Positions 1 to 9,235 of a DNA stretch of 57,350 nt are shown here, piece after piece. Source of the stretch: Candidatus Micrarchaeota archaeon (lineage in GTDB: Archaea > Micrarchaeota > Micrarchaeia > Anstonellales > Bilamarchaeaceae); assembly GCA_040757035.1 (NCBI GenBank), contig JBFLYM010000004.1:1-57350 (forward strand), read 5' to 3'. The notes under the pieces are model-generated. The model saw only the letters and a program-made list of their open reading frames with translations. It was not told the origin of the DNA and ran no database searches. A program made the position numbers and the translations under genes. Each line of letters opens with the position of its first letter. Position 1 is the first letter of the stretch.

Positions 1-2
1 AT

Positions 3-125
3 AAGGTTAACGTCGATGGAAAAGAACTTATTGCCGAAGTTCCAAAAACAACAAGAATTTTGTTGGAGAAAATTGGACTGCCCAACGATTTATTGCGGCC
101 TATTACCAAAAAACCGCAGAGTTAA
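3..125 (+). CDS. C-terminal end of an unidentified protein (gene truncated by the window start)
   Basis: The frame is open from the window edge (...KVNVDGKELIAEVPKTTRILLEKIGLPNDLLRPITKKPQS) with TAA at 123-125. I recognise no family. Its last ~55 nt recur as a degenerate copy at 52486-52540. Confidence 0.25.
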   Translation, partial: KVNVDGKELIAEVPKTTRILLEKIGLPNDLLRPITKKPQS

Positions 126-132
126 GGATTAA
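76..132. repeat. Dispersed repeat R1, copy a (3' end of the edge CDS)
   Basis: gactgcccaacgatttattgcggcctattaccaaaaaaccgcagagttaaggattaa matches 52486-52540 in direct orientation, with a 2-nt indel and 3 substitutions. Confidence 0.8.
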
Positions 133-308
133 TGTCTCGCGAAAATTAGTATGAATACCTTCTTCAAATAACCTTCTAAATTCAGATACCGGTGATTTAG
201 TAGAATTTTGATACCATTTTGCGTCTCCTTCTCTTTTTGTTGTTATTGTCATGAATATATTATAAACGTAACAGTTTATAAATTGCACGGATTATCTAAA
301 ACTAGCAC

Positions 309-434
309 CGAAAAGCGTAAGAATTTTTCTGTTGAATATTATTCGATTGTTAAATGATCGAAAATTATATAGAAAAATTAAGCGACGTCGTGAATAGCGA
401 ACTCGTCGAAATGGGAAAAATTTTAAACTGTTAC
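309..434. repeat. Dispersed repeat R2, copy a (126 nt), inverted relative to 44455-44579
   Basis: I aligned the reverse complement base by base to 44455-44579. It is identical except for one T in a T-run (5 T versus 4 T). A further 17-nt block at 273-289 matches 44843-44859. Confidence 0.9.
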
Positions 435-453
435 GAAAAAAGATAATTAATTT

Positions 454-1785
454 TTATACCACCAATAGAAAAAGCCATGCAGGTACAAAAGTGATGTGTC
501 TTCCTGAAAGCTCTTTTTCAGCAAACAAATCTTTCGTAATCAAGAATCCGTGTCTGATATTCTTCCGTTCCATAAATTTTAGGAGAATTTTAGTATCAGA
601 ATTAGATATATTGTTTCTAAATTTCACTTCGATGGGTATAAATTCGTTGTTGATTTCAACTAAGATGTCGACTTCTTCTTTTTGCGGAGTTCTCCAGAAA
701 AAGATTCGTTCGCCCATGCATCTAGCATGTTGAAAAACAATGGTTTCGATAAATCTACCTGTTATTTCATCCACATCAAGGACCGCTTCTTTGTATTTCA
801 TTAAAGCTAATGAAATTGATGGATGGACAATATGAATTTTTTTGTTTTTGCGCAATTGCTTTAGGATACTACCCGAATAATTTGGAGCGATATCAATTAC
901 GAATGACGATTTAAGATAGAACAAATAAGAACGAATGGTTAAGTAATTGACAGAGAACAATTTTCCGAGATTAGTAAGATCAAGAAGGTTGGACGTTTCC
1001 TTACTACAGTATTCAAATAGTGCCATCAAAACGTCCCTCCGCTTTATTTTGAAAACCAAGGATATATCTTCATAAATCATTTTTTCGATTACACTGCTTC
1101 GAATATATTGATGTACAAACTCCAATTTTTCTTCCTTTGCTATCTCAGGAAATGCACCTCTTAGAATATATTTTCTCAACATTTCGTTCATAATAGCTTT
1201 CTTATGGATATTTTGTTCAAAATGCTCGGAGAGTTTTTCAATGCTTATTTTACCGATATTAACATCGTTCAATTCAAGAAATTCTCGAAAGGAAAGAGGA
1301 GTGATATAGATATCAAATAGTCTTCCGGCTAAGCTTTCTTTTGATTTTTTTATGTTTAATGATGCCGAACCAGAAACAACGAATTTAACATCGTCTCTTG
1401 TATCGTAATAGCGTTTAATTATGTCTTGCCAGTATGGGATTTTTTGTACTTCATCAAGAAAAATATATTTTTTCCCATCTTTAGCAATCGTCTTGAGATA
1501 ATAATCAAGCAACTCAATCAACACATCTGAATTTTGTGCAATTAGATCATCAAAAAGGAAATAGAATATGTTATTTTTCTGAACTTTAAGCTCTGTTATT
1601 AGTTGCTTCATTATGGTAGTTTTGCCGACTCGGCGCAATCCAGTTAGAGCAATTATCTGCTTTGATTCCATAAATGTTCTCACTCGCGAAAGAACATGAC
1701 GTTGATAAACAGGAACGTTTATATCAATACATTCCCACCAGCTATTGTAATCACGAATCATTGCTCTTATTCGTTCGGATAACAT
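454..1785 (-). CDS. AAA+ ATPase of the COG1373 type (AAA_14 plus DUF4143-like C-terminal region), paralog 1 of 3
   Basis: 443-aa ORF with Walker A GLRRVGKTT and Walker B-like IFLDEVQ. The overall layout is shared with the ORFs at 7928-9220 and 44934-46136. Confidence 0.8.
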   Translation of the reverse strand: MLSERIRAMIRDYNSWWECIDINVPVYQRHVLSRVRTFMESKQIIALTGLRRVGKTTIMKQLITELKVQKNNIFYFLFDDLIAQNSDVLIELLDYYLKTIAKDGKKYIFLDEVQKIPYWQDIIKRYYDTRDDVKFVVSGSASLNIKKSKESLAGRLFDIYITPLSFREFLELNDVNIGKISIEKLSEHFEQNIHKKAIMNEMLRKYILRGAFPEIAKEEKLEFVHQYIRSSVIEKMIYEDISLVFKIKRRDVLMALFEYCSKETSNLLDLTNLGKLFSVNYLTIRSYLFYLKSSFVIDIAPNYSGSILKQLRKNKKIHIVHPSISLALMKYKEAVLDVDEITGRFIETIVFQHARCMGERIFFWRTPQKEEVDILVEINNEFIPIEVKFRNNISNSDTKILLKFMERKNIRHGFLITKDLFAEKELSGRHITFVPAWLFLLVV

Positions 1786-1801
1786 AATAAAACCTAATTT
1801 A

Positions 1802-1834
1802 TTTAACTTATCTTATAATATATTATAAGTTAAA
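1802..1834. promoter_or_regulatory. 10-bp perfect inverted repeat around an AT-rich TATA-like core, upstream of the ATPase gene
   Basis: tttaacttat (1802-1811) and ataagttaaa (1825-1834) flank cttataatatatt. The element lies 17-49 nt upstream of the start codon at 1785 (minus strand). Confidence 0.3.
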
Positions 1835-1873
1835 TTTAAAAATACATATATTACAATATTACATATACAGAAA

Positions 1874-2254
1874 TTAAATGAGTTCTTCTTTTCTTCTTCC
1901 GCACATTTCAGCGCGTTTCCAATTTATTGTAAAAGATTTGCCTTTTTCTGTGAACATTGAGAGCGGTATAAAAAGCCATTCTTCGTGGTTTCGCCTCCAG
2001 CCAATCAAAGTTGTAATACCTGTATTGCCTTCCCATTTTTTTAAATTTAGAAATTGCGCATGGTTTATCCCGAGATATTCTTTTTCGTGCGCTTTTGCTT
2101 CTATTGCATATTGATTTCCATGCTTAAACATTAACAAGTCTGGAGATTCTGAATTCACTCCGCTACCAGCAGCCCTGATTACAGAGTATCCATTTTGAAT
2201 AAAAAAAGAGATTAATTCGCGTTCTGCGCGCGAACCCTTTATGTAAGCGTGCAT
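1874..2254 (-). CDS. hjc: Holliday junction resolvase Hjc
   Basis: 126 aa. The pattern KGSRAERELISFF..NGYSVIRAAGSG...PDLLMFK.GNQYAIEAKA matches the archaeal Hjc signature (KG..ERELv..L...Gf.v.RsaGS...DL.a..g..yl.IEvK). Confidence 0.85.
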   Translation of the reverse strand: MHAYIKGSRAERELISFFIQNGYSVIRAAGSGVNSESPDLLMFKHGNQYAIEAKAHEKEYLGINHAQFLNLKKWEGNTGITTLIGWRRNHEEWLFIPLSMFTEKGKSFTINWKRAEMCGRRKEELI

Positions 2255-2263
2255 TATTTTACC

Positions 2264-3406
2264 TTAAAATCCTACTTCAAAACCTTTATTTTCAATCTGA
2301 ACATTCAAAATTTCAATATTTCCCTGCATTTCAAGTAACTTAGAGACGTCCTTTGCTTTTTTATTTGATAAGCATATCGCACAAATACTGTCTCCGCCTC
2401 CTGCACCAGGTAGTTTTGCAACCAATGCACCGCCTTTAATAATAAGCTCAATTATTTCGGTACATTGCATGGATTCAATTTCTGCACCACTTAAATCTCC
2501 AAGTTTTTTGGTTAGTAATCTGCCCTTATTGAAATGGTCTACAAACTCATCTAAATTTAAAGCGTGTGAATTGCGATCTGAAATTGCCTTAATCGCCTTT
2601 TCATTTTCTTTATTCAATTCACAAATCAATTTTGTATATTCTTCTGGTTTTTTCTTTTTAAAATCCATTACCCTTTTCACCATTTCTGTGGTCGAAGTGC
2701 TTTTATTCTTAAAATTTCCAACAACTATATAAAAATTTTTGGGCCATCTCATTTCTTTGATAGAACAATCCCATGGAGACTCGATCGTTTTTTCTATTTG
2801 TGAATTATCTATAATATTGACCAATGAAGGCGAATAGCACGTATAACAAATCGTTCCATAAGTTGCACAAGCAATATCAAAACCAGAACCAACTTTGCCT
2901 TGTGCGAGCGCATGCGCATATTGAGAGATCTTATGCACTAATTTCTTGTTTTTTCCAAAACCATTTAGCGCGAGCAAAACCGCAACTGCTGCAACGGTTA
3001 CAGCTGCGCTTGAACCAAGTCCGCTTTTTCCTGAATTAACCGAAAATGCATCATCGCTTATCGTTTTTATTTCGCAACCGATTATTTTCTTTCCTTTTGA
3101 ATTTAAATACAATTTCGTCGTGTCTATTGCTGAAATGACAAATCGTGCTGTTTTTTTCTCGTCCTCGCTCAATTCAGAAATTTTATTACATTTAATACCA
3201 AATTGCGGCATGTTCAAACCGAATCCACCATCCTTCCTTTTTTTAGCATAAGCATGTACGCGCGCGCTAACTGCGGTAACAAGCGAGACACTATTTTTTT
3301 CTAAAACCGAATAACCGCCAATCCAAAGGATTTTGCCAGGTGCAGACGCGTGAACAGATGAATGTATAGATCTATGTATGGGTTGATGAACAGATTTGTG
3401 AATCAT
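2264..3406 (-). CDS. GHMP-family kinase, most similar to ERG8-type phosphomevalonate kinase
   Basis: SAPGKILWIGGYSVLE resembles the ERG8 motif APGK.L.AGGY.VL rather than the mevalonate kinase motif PGK.ILFGEHAVV. The GHMP motif GLGSSAAV is present, and an MDD-like gene is adjacent. The N-terminus carries an odd His-rich leader, IHKSVHQPIHRSIHSSVH. Confidence 0.65.
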   Translation of the reverse strand: MIHKSVHQPIHRSIHSSVHASAPGKILWIGGYSVLEKNSVSLVTAVSARVHAYAKKRKDGGFGLNMPQFGIKCNKISELSEDEKKTARFVISAIDTTKLYLNSKGKKIIGCEIKTISDDAFSVNSGKSGLGSSAAVTVAAVAVLLALNGFGKNKKLVHKISQYAHALAQGKVGSGFDIACATYGTICYTCYSPSLVNIIDNSQIEKTIESPWDCSIKEMRWPKNFYIVVGNFKNKSTSTTEMVKRVMDFKKKKPEEYTKLICELNKENEKAIKAISDRNSHALNLDEFVDHFNKGRLLTKKLGDLSGAEIESMQCTEIIELIIKGGALVAKLPGAGGGDSICAICLSNKKAKDVSKLLEMQGNIEILNVQIENKGFEVGF

Positions 3407-3436
3407 AAATGTACCGTCTAAATATAAAAATTTGCA

Positions 3437-4159
3437 CTAAGATTTTATCTTATAAAAATTTGCCATTGCATTGAATATTATCGGGTAAAATGAAAAAAAT
3501 ACAACTATATTCAATATTGGAATGAGTAAAGTTATCCACATTATTAAACATAATATATTGAATATGAATACATCAATGAAATTTTTTATTACGAATCTTA
3601 TTCCACTTTTTATTGCTTCAATTGCAGAAATGTTTTTTACTACTGCCGCAATGCCTACAAACGAAAATATAAATTTATACACAAGTCCATTAAAACCGCA
3701 AAGAATAAGAAGTACAATCCCAAAAAGAGAAAATAATTCTGGCTTGAAAATTATAAATACAATAATTATAGGAAGATTCAAGATTAAAAAACCACCAAAT
3801 CCTATTGCAAAAATTGTAAAAAATCTAAGTGAATTTTTTATTGCATATCTGAGATATTCAAACATGTGCGGCCGCGATATTTCAGTAGTCATAAAACAGT
3901 TTAACATTGCGCTAAGGTTTGCGACCATACAATAAGCAAGGAAAATAAATGCGACAAAGGAAGCAAATGTTAGTACAATTGAACTATGAGAATCCATAAG
4001 ATTAAAAGATGCGGATATAAAAAATATGAGAAGGAATATTGCAACCGCTGTTAATGCAATAATAAAGGTGAAAAAAACGCTTAGGAATACAGGATAAATA
4101 AAATAAATTGGTTTATCTGTATATTTTTTTACTGAATTAGATATTATATTTGAAAGCAT
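3437..4159 (-). CDS. Polytopic membrane protein, unknown function
   Basis: 240 aa that is almost entirely hydrophobic segments. I recognise no motif. Confidence 0.55.
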   Translation of the reverse strand: MLSNIISNSVKKYTDKPIYFIYPVFLSVFFTFIIALTAVAIFLLIFFISASFNLMDSHSSIVLTFASFVAFIFLAYCMVANLSAMLNCFMTTEISRPHMFEYLRYAIKNSLRFFTIFAIGFGGFLILNLPIIIVFIIFKPELFSLFGIVLLILCGFNGLVYKFIFSFVGIAAVVKNISAIEAIKSGIRFVIKNFIDVFIFNILCLIMWITLLIPILNIVVFFSFYPIIFNAMANFYKIKS

Positions 4160-4231
4160 AATACTTCTTACTCCGCAAAATATAAAAACCTATTCCGAAA
4201 ACAATAAAAATACTCTTAACTTATTGAGCTT

Positions 4232-5272
4232 ATGGAATCAACCGAAACAACTGCAACCATGACTACAATTACAACTGCTACTGCGACTGCCAATGCCAAT
4301 ATCGCATTAATAAAATATTGGGGAAAAAGAGACGAAAAACTTATTCTTCCTACGAATAGTTCGCTTTCGTTTACTATGGACGAACAGCTAAGCACAAAAA
4401 CCACAGTGGAATTTTCAAATGAATTTAACAATGATGAATTTTATTTAAACGGACAAAAGGCAACGGACAAAGAAACCGCTCGCATAATTGAATTTTTGGA
4501 TTTGATAAGAGCGCGGGCTAAAACAAGTCTAAAAGCAAAAGTGATTTCGCAAAACACATTTCCAAAATCAGCTGGTTTGGCTTCTTCTGCCTCGGCATTC
4601 GCAGCGCTCGCAGGCGCAGCATCAAAAGCCGCAGGCATTGAGCTTTCAACCAGAGAACTATCTATAATTGCGCGCCGAGGAAGCGGAAGCGCGATCCGGT
4701 CAATTTATGGCGGCGCAGTAAAATGGGAAATGGGCAAGAAAAAAGATGGAAGCGATTCTATTGCGGTCCAATTAGTAAATAAAGAACATTGGCCTGAAAT
4801 AAGGAACGTAATAGGCATAATGACAAAAGAGGAAAAAAAAGTAAGCTCGCGCGCAGGGATGGCGGAAACCATAAAGACATCTTCTCTTTATAAAGTCCGC
4901 CTCAAAAGCGTGCGCAAAAGACTAAAAATTGCCGAAACAGCGATTTTGAAAAAAGACTTTCACGCTCTTGCCGAAATAATCATGCGCGAAAGCAACAATA
5001 TGCACGCGGTTATGTTTGACAGTTGGCCGCCAATAATGTATCTGAATAACGCCTCAAAGGGAATTATTGAATCAACAATTAATTTTAATTTGGAAAAAGG
5101 AAAGAATGCTATCGCGTATACCTTTGACGCTGGTCCAAATCCGCATCTTTATACAACTGTAGAATATGTAAATGATGCGAAAGCTTTGCTAAAAGAAAAT
5201 GGAATTAGCGAAATTATTGTATGCAAAGTTGGCGATGGATTACAATTCAGCAAAAATCATTTAAAAGTTTAA
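4232..5272 (+). CDS. mvaD: Diphosphomevalonate decarboxylase family protein (MvaD/MDD-like)
   Basis: ANIALIKYWGKRDEKLILPTNSSLS and GLASSASAFAAL are the canonical MDD motifs. Substrate specificity (diphospho- versus phosphomevalonate) cannot be read from the sequence by eye. Confidence 0.85.
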   Translation: MESTETTATMTTITTATATANANIALIKYWGKRDEKLILPTNSSLSFTMDEQLSTKTTVEFSNEFNNDEFYLNGQKATDKETARIIEFLDLIRARAKTSLKAKVISQNTFPKSAGLASSASAFAALAGAASKAAGIELSTRELSIIARRGSGSAIRSIYGGAVKWEMGKKKDGSDSIAVQLVNKEHWPEIRNVIGIMTKEEKKVSSRAGMAETIKTSSLYKVRLKSVRKRLKIAETAILKKDFHALAEIIMRESNNMHAVMFDSWPPIMYLNNASKGIIESTINFNLEKGKNAIAYTFDAGPNPHLYTTVEYVNDAKALLKENGISEIIVCKVGDGLQFSKNHLKV

Positions 5273-5348
5273 TATGCAAAATATAAAATAAAGACATAAT
5301 TGGAAATGTATAACCGAGAGCTATAGCCAAGAAATATAGTTGAGATGT

Positions 5349-7493
5349 ATGGCTGAAAAAAGCATTTTACTGAAAGTTGCAGAAGCGCTGCAGAACGATA
5401 TAGGAAGAGGAATAGTACGCATTAATTCTAATGTAAAAAAGGAACTTGATTTGACTACTGGCGATTTTGTAAAACTTAGTGGAAAAAAATCCGCAATCGC
5501 AATAGTATGGCAAAGTCACCCTGAGGATGAAGGAGTAAGCATAGTGCGCATGGATGGTATTATTCGTCAGAATACTGGGGTTGGATTAGGAGATAAAATA
5601 AAATTGGAAAAAACAGAAGTAAAGGAAGCAAAACGACTTGTACTTGCTCCAAAAGAGACAATAAGATATAGCCCTGGTTTTGAGCAGTATGTAAAGAGAA
5701 AATTAATCGGAAACGCAATGTTAAAAGGAAATATAATCCCGGTTGGTGTATTTGGAACCGCAATTCCGCTTATTGTTTCCCAGGTAATACCCCAAGCTCC
5801 AGTAGTCGTGACAGAAAGCACAGAGGTAATTGTAAAAAATGAACCTATTAAAGAACTTGAAAATGTTCCTTCAGTAACTTATGATGATGTAGGCGGTCTG
5901 CAAAGTACGATCCAAAAAATAAGAGAGATGATAGAGCTTCCGCTCAGACATCCTGAACTTTTTGAGCGGTTGGGAATAGAACCGCCAAAGGGTGTTTTGC
6001 TTTACGGTCCTCCAGGCACAGGAAAGACCCTGCTTGCGAAAGCGGTGGCAAACGAAAGCGACGCAAATTTTTCTTATATAGGCGGACCAGAGATAGTTTC
6101 GAAATACGTTGGCGAAAGCGAAGAAAAATTAAGAAAAATATTCAAGGAGGCTGAAGAAAACGCGCCGAGTATAATTTTTATAGACGAAATTGACGCAATT
6201 GCCCCAAAGCGCGGCGAAGTAATAGGTGAAGTTGAAAAGCGGGTGGTTTCGCAGTTGCTTACGATTATGGACGGACTTAAATCGCGCGGCCAGGTAATTG
6301 TTATTGCTGCAACAAACAGGCCAGATTCAATAGACGAAGCACTCAGAAGGCCAGGGAGATTTGACAGAGAAATAGAAATCGGCGTTCCTGACCGGAATGG
6401 AAGAAAAGAAATTTTGCAAATACATACAAGAAACATGCCGCTTGACAGGGATGTGAATTTAACCGAACTCGCTAGTGTAAGCCATGGATATACCGGTGCG
6501 GATTTATCTTTGTTTATCAAAGAAGCCGCGCTCAAAGCGCTCAGGCGAATTCTTCCAGAGATAAATTTAGAGGAGGAATTTATTTCCCCGGAAATCTTGG
6601 ATAAAATAAATGTAAAACAAGACGATTTTTTTTCTGCTTTAAGAGAAATCCATCCAAGCGCGCTGCGCGAAGTTTATGTTGAAAGACCAAATGTTCATTG
6701 GAATGAAGTGGGCGGACTTGAAAATGTAAAGAAAAATATACAAGAGGCGGTTGAACTTCCGCTTAAAAAACCAGAAATATTTGAACGGATAGGAATAAGA
6801 CCGATAAAAGGAATTTTGCTTTACGGTCCTCCAGGCACAGGAAAGACCCTGCTCGCGAAAGCGGTCGCCACTGAAAGCGAGGCCAATTTTATCGCAATCA
6901 AAGGTTCTGATTTGCTGCATAGAAATGTGGGCGAATCAGCAAAAATTACAAAAGATCTTTTTATGAAAGCGCGCACAGCCGCTCCAAGTATAATTTTTAT
7001 AGATGAGATAGAAAATGTCGGAAGAACAAGATCGGTTTCAAATCCATCGGTAATACATGAAGATATAATAAACGGCATTTTGGTTGAAATGGACGGTTTG
7101 TGTTCGCTTAAAAATGTTGTTGTTATTGCCGCAACAAACAGACCCGATTTATTGGACGCCGCGCTCTTGCGCGCTGGAAGATTCGACAAAATGATAGAAA
7201 TTCCACTTCCTGACAGAAATGCGAGATATGAAATACTGAAGATACATACAAAAAAGATGCCTTTGGAAAAAGTTGATTTAAGGGAGCTTGCCGAAGCGAC
7301 GGAAGGATTTACAGGCGCGGATTTAGAGAACATGGTACGCGAGGCTGGGATGATTGGAATACGCGAAAATGCGAAAAGAATTACTCAAACGCATTTTGAA
7401 AATGCGCTCAAAACAATAATTCCAAGTGTGAAAAAAGATGATTTAGAAAGCATGGAGAAATTTAAAAGCTCAGCGCAAGTAATGTATAGATAA
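5349..7493 (+). CDS. cdc48: CDC48/VCP-like AAA+ ATPase (two AAA domains)
   Basis: It has a CDC48 N-domain-like start and two copies of LLYGPPGTGKTLLAKAVA with IIFIDEID Walker B motifs. The ORF track opens at a TTG at 5340, but the ATG at 5349 (MAEKS) is the more likely start. Confidence 0.95.
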   Translation: MAEKSILLKVAEALQNDIGRGIVRINSNVKKELDLTTGDFVKLSGKKSAIAIVWQSHPEDEGVSIVRMDGIIRQNTGVGLGDKIKLEKTEVKEAKRLVLAPKETIRYSPGFEQYVKRKLIGNAMLKGNIIPVGVFGTAIPLIVSQVIPQAPVVVTESTEVIVKNEPIKELENVPSVTYDDVGGLQSTIQKIREMIELPLRHPELFERLGIEPPKGVLLYGPPGTGKTLLAKAVANESDANFSYIGGPEIVSKYVGESEEKLRKIFKEAEENAPSIIFIDEIDAIAPKRGEVIGEVEKRVVSQLLTIMDGLKSRGQVIVIAATNRPDSIDEALRRPGRFDREIEIGVPDRNGRKEILQIHTRNMPLDRDVNLTELASVSHGYTGADLSLFIKEAALKALRRILPEINLEEEFISPEILDKINVKQDDFFSALREIHPSALREVYVERPNVHWNEVGGLENVKKNIQEAVELPLKKPEIFERIGIRPIKGILLYGPPGTGKTLLAKAVATESEANFIAIKGSDLLHRNVGESAKITKDLFMKARTAAPSIIFIDEIENVGRTRSVSNPSVIHEDIINGILVEMDGLCSLKNVVVIAATNRPDLLDAALLRAGRFDKMIEIPLPDRNARYEILKIHTKKMPLEKVDLRELAEATEGFTGADLENMVREAGMIGIRENAKRITQTHFENALKTIIPSVKKDDLESMEKFKSSAQVMYR

Positions 7494-7524
7494 TATTATA
7501 AACTCCCAAACAAAAAATATATCT

Positions 7525-7863
7525 AGTGAGGTGGAGGGATTACGCCAATATGTCGTGTATACAATATATGTCATATGGGTGAGGAAGTTCTACCCATCCG
7601 AGGTAAAAGGTTTTTAAGGGACTGGGCAACGATACAGAAATAGCCTTCTGTTAGCATAAAAGCAATGACGAAAGGAGCGCGAACCAGAAGATGAAATAAT
7701 GTTGCCATGCCGTCTTTAGGATGCAAGGCATTGTGCTGCACGCAAATTACAAATTGCGCGCTTTTTCGTACTTTTTCACATAACTAACATAAGTGAAAAT
7801 GCGTAAAATGCGAGTCAAATATCCCATAATACATAAGGTAGACTAACCATCTCACTGAACTTC
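7525..7863 (+). ncRNA. Candidate structured ncRNA in a 430-bp gene-free gap (identity unresolved; some RNase P-like strings)
   Basis: There is 10-bp long-range complementarity between 7525-7534 and 7847-7856. Hairpins form at 7575-7580/7592-7597 (loop GAGGAAGUUCU) and at 7634-7639/7646-7651. Segment 7672-7681 can pair with 7757-7766. The region is visibly richer in G+C than its flanks. Strand and ends are uncertain. Confidence 0.3.
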
Positions 7864-7927
7864 TGTAAAGTTTGAAGTTTGCCATTAATAGAAATATTTA
7901 AATATTTTTAATTTCAATAGTATTACC

Positions 7928-9220
7928 ATGGAATATCTTGAAAGAATTCTATTCAAAGAACTGCAAAAATGGGATGGACGACGAGAATTGTTTGCAATAA
8001 AAGGCCCGCGGCAAGTGGGAAAGACTACATTACTCGAGATGTATAGGGTTTGGTTGCTCAAAAAAGGCGTGAATGAAAAAAACATAATATTTATCACATT
8101 TGAAGATCGTGAAATGCTTGAAAAATTTGAGAAAGACCCACTGAACTTCGTAAATAGATTTGTGGATGCAAAGAGTCGTTTCTATTTTTTTCTAGATGAA
8201 GCGCATTATCTCCATGGTATAGGTCAAAAAATAAAACTGATTTATGACAAATATCCGAATGTAAAGATTATAATTACTGGTTCGTCTTCGCTTGAACTCA
8301 TTTCTCAAACAGCCAAATACTTAGTCGGAAGAATGTTCTCGTTTGAATTGCTTCCGTTTAATTTCCACGAATTTCTATTGGCAAAAGATCCTTCTCTTGC
8401 GAAAATTTATTCTAAATGCCGAACAATGGTTCGCGCGCTTATCACCAAACGCAAGAATTTTAACATTCCAAAAAACGACATAATAATAAGTGATTTGCTG
8501 AAATATTTGGAGGAATATTTAATTTTTGGAGGCTATCCGGCCGTGGTGCTGGCGAAAAACAACGAAGAAAAATTCATTGTCCTGAAAAACATCTTTAACA
8601 CCTACTTGGAAAAAGATATCATTTCCTTTCTTCAAATAACGGACAGTGCAAAATTCAGAAAGATTGTTTCTATTCTTGCTTTGACTTGCGGTAACATTCT
8701 TTCATATAATTCTCTTGCAACAAACGCCGGCGGATACTTCAAAGAGATCATGCATATAATTGATGTTCTTGAGCAGACGTATATAATGAGGCGTGTGAGG
8801 CCCTTTTATGCCAATCTTGTAACCGAACTAAGGAAGAACCCAAAGGTTTATTTTCTTGATAGCGGCATAAGAAACTATGCCATTCAAAATTTTTCCGAAT
8901 TGGATACAAGAAGCGACAAAGGTCACCTCGCAGAAAATTTCGCATATAATGCGTTAAATGAAATTTCCGAAGGTCAGAATCTGCACTTCTGGCGCACCAC
9001 GTCCAAAGCTGAAGTGGATTTTGTGGTGGACAAAAGCAGTTTTCTCATTCCTGTTGAAGTAAAATTTGAGCCCTTCAAAAAAGAAAGAATTTCAAAAAGC
9101 ATGCGCAGTTTCATTTCGGTATATTCGCCCGAATTTGCGATCATTGCAACCAAGGATTTTTTTGGCGAATTAAAAATAGGAAAAACTATCGTAAAGTTCA
9201 TTCCGCTTGTCTATTTATAG
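7928..9220 (+). CDS. AAA+ ATPase of the COG1373 type (AAA_14 plus DUF4143-like), paralog 2 of 3
   Basis: 430 aa with Walker A GPRQVGKTT and Walker B FFLDEAH. It has the same architecture as 454-1785 and 44934-46136. Confidence 0.8.
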   Translation: MEYLERILFKELQKWDGRRELFAIKGPRQVGKTTLLEMYRVWLLKKGVNEKNIIFITFEDREMLEKFEKDPLNFVNRFVDAKSRFYFFLDEAHYLHGIGQKIKLIYDKYPNVKIIITGSSSLELISQTAKYLVGRMFSFELLPFNFHEFLLAKDPSLAKIYSKCRTMVRALITKRKNFNIPKNDIIISDLLKYLEEYLIFGGYPAVVLAKNNEEKFIVLKNIFNTYLEKDIISFLQITDSAKFRKIVSILALTCGNILSYNSLATNAGGYFKEIMHIIDVLEQTYIMRRVRPFYANLVTELRKNPKVYFLDSGIRNYAIQNFSELDTRSDKGHLAENFAYNALNEISEGQNLHFWRTTSKAEVDFVVDKSSFLIPVEVKFEPFKKERISKSMRSFISVYSPEFAIIATKDFFGELKIGKTIVKFIPLVYL

Positions 9221-9235
9221 ATGTCGCTGTTTTTT

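Noticed and set aside
103-288. 61-aa minus-strand ORF (GTG start; internal Met gives ~49 aa)
   Set aside because: I recognise no family. It overlaps the 3' end of the plus-strand edge CDS and repeat R1. It could be a small real gene behind the conserved TATA block, but the evidence is insufficient.
354-446. 30-aa peptide ORF (MIENYIEKLSDVVNSELVEMGKILNCYEKR) inside repeat R2
   Set aside because: It has no ribosome-binding site, and the second copy is truncated by the single indel. It is noted under the repeat finding but not called as a gene.
5560-7333. Minus-strand ORFs inside cdc48 (5560-5763, 5567-5821, 6074-6535, 6639-6920, 6821-7333)
   Set aside because: They lie antisense to a gene with unambiguous AAA+ motifs. 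Their translations are low-complexity Ser/Ile/Phe-rich shadow frames with no motifs.
7525-7863. A firm RNase P RNA call
   Set aside because: CR-I-, CR-II- and CR-V-like strings occur. However, two different segments can each be read as CR-I, ACAGAA sits in a local hairpin stem, and the helices found do not nest in the P1-P2-P4 order. It is kept only as an unassigned ncRNA candidate.
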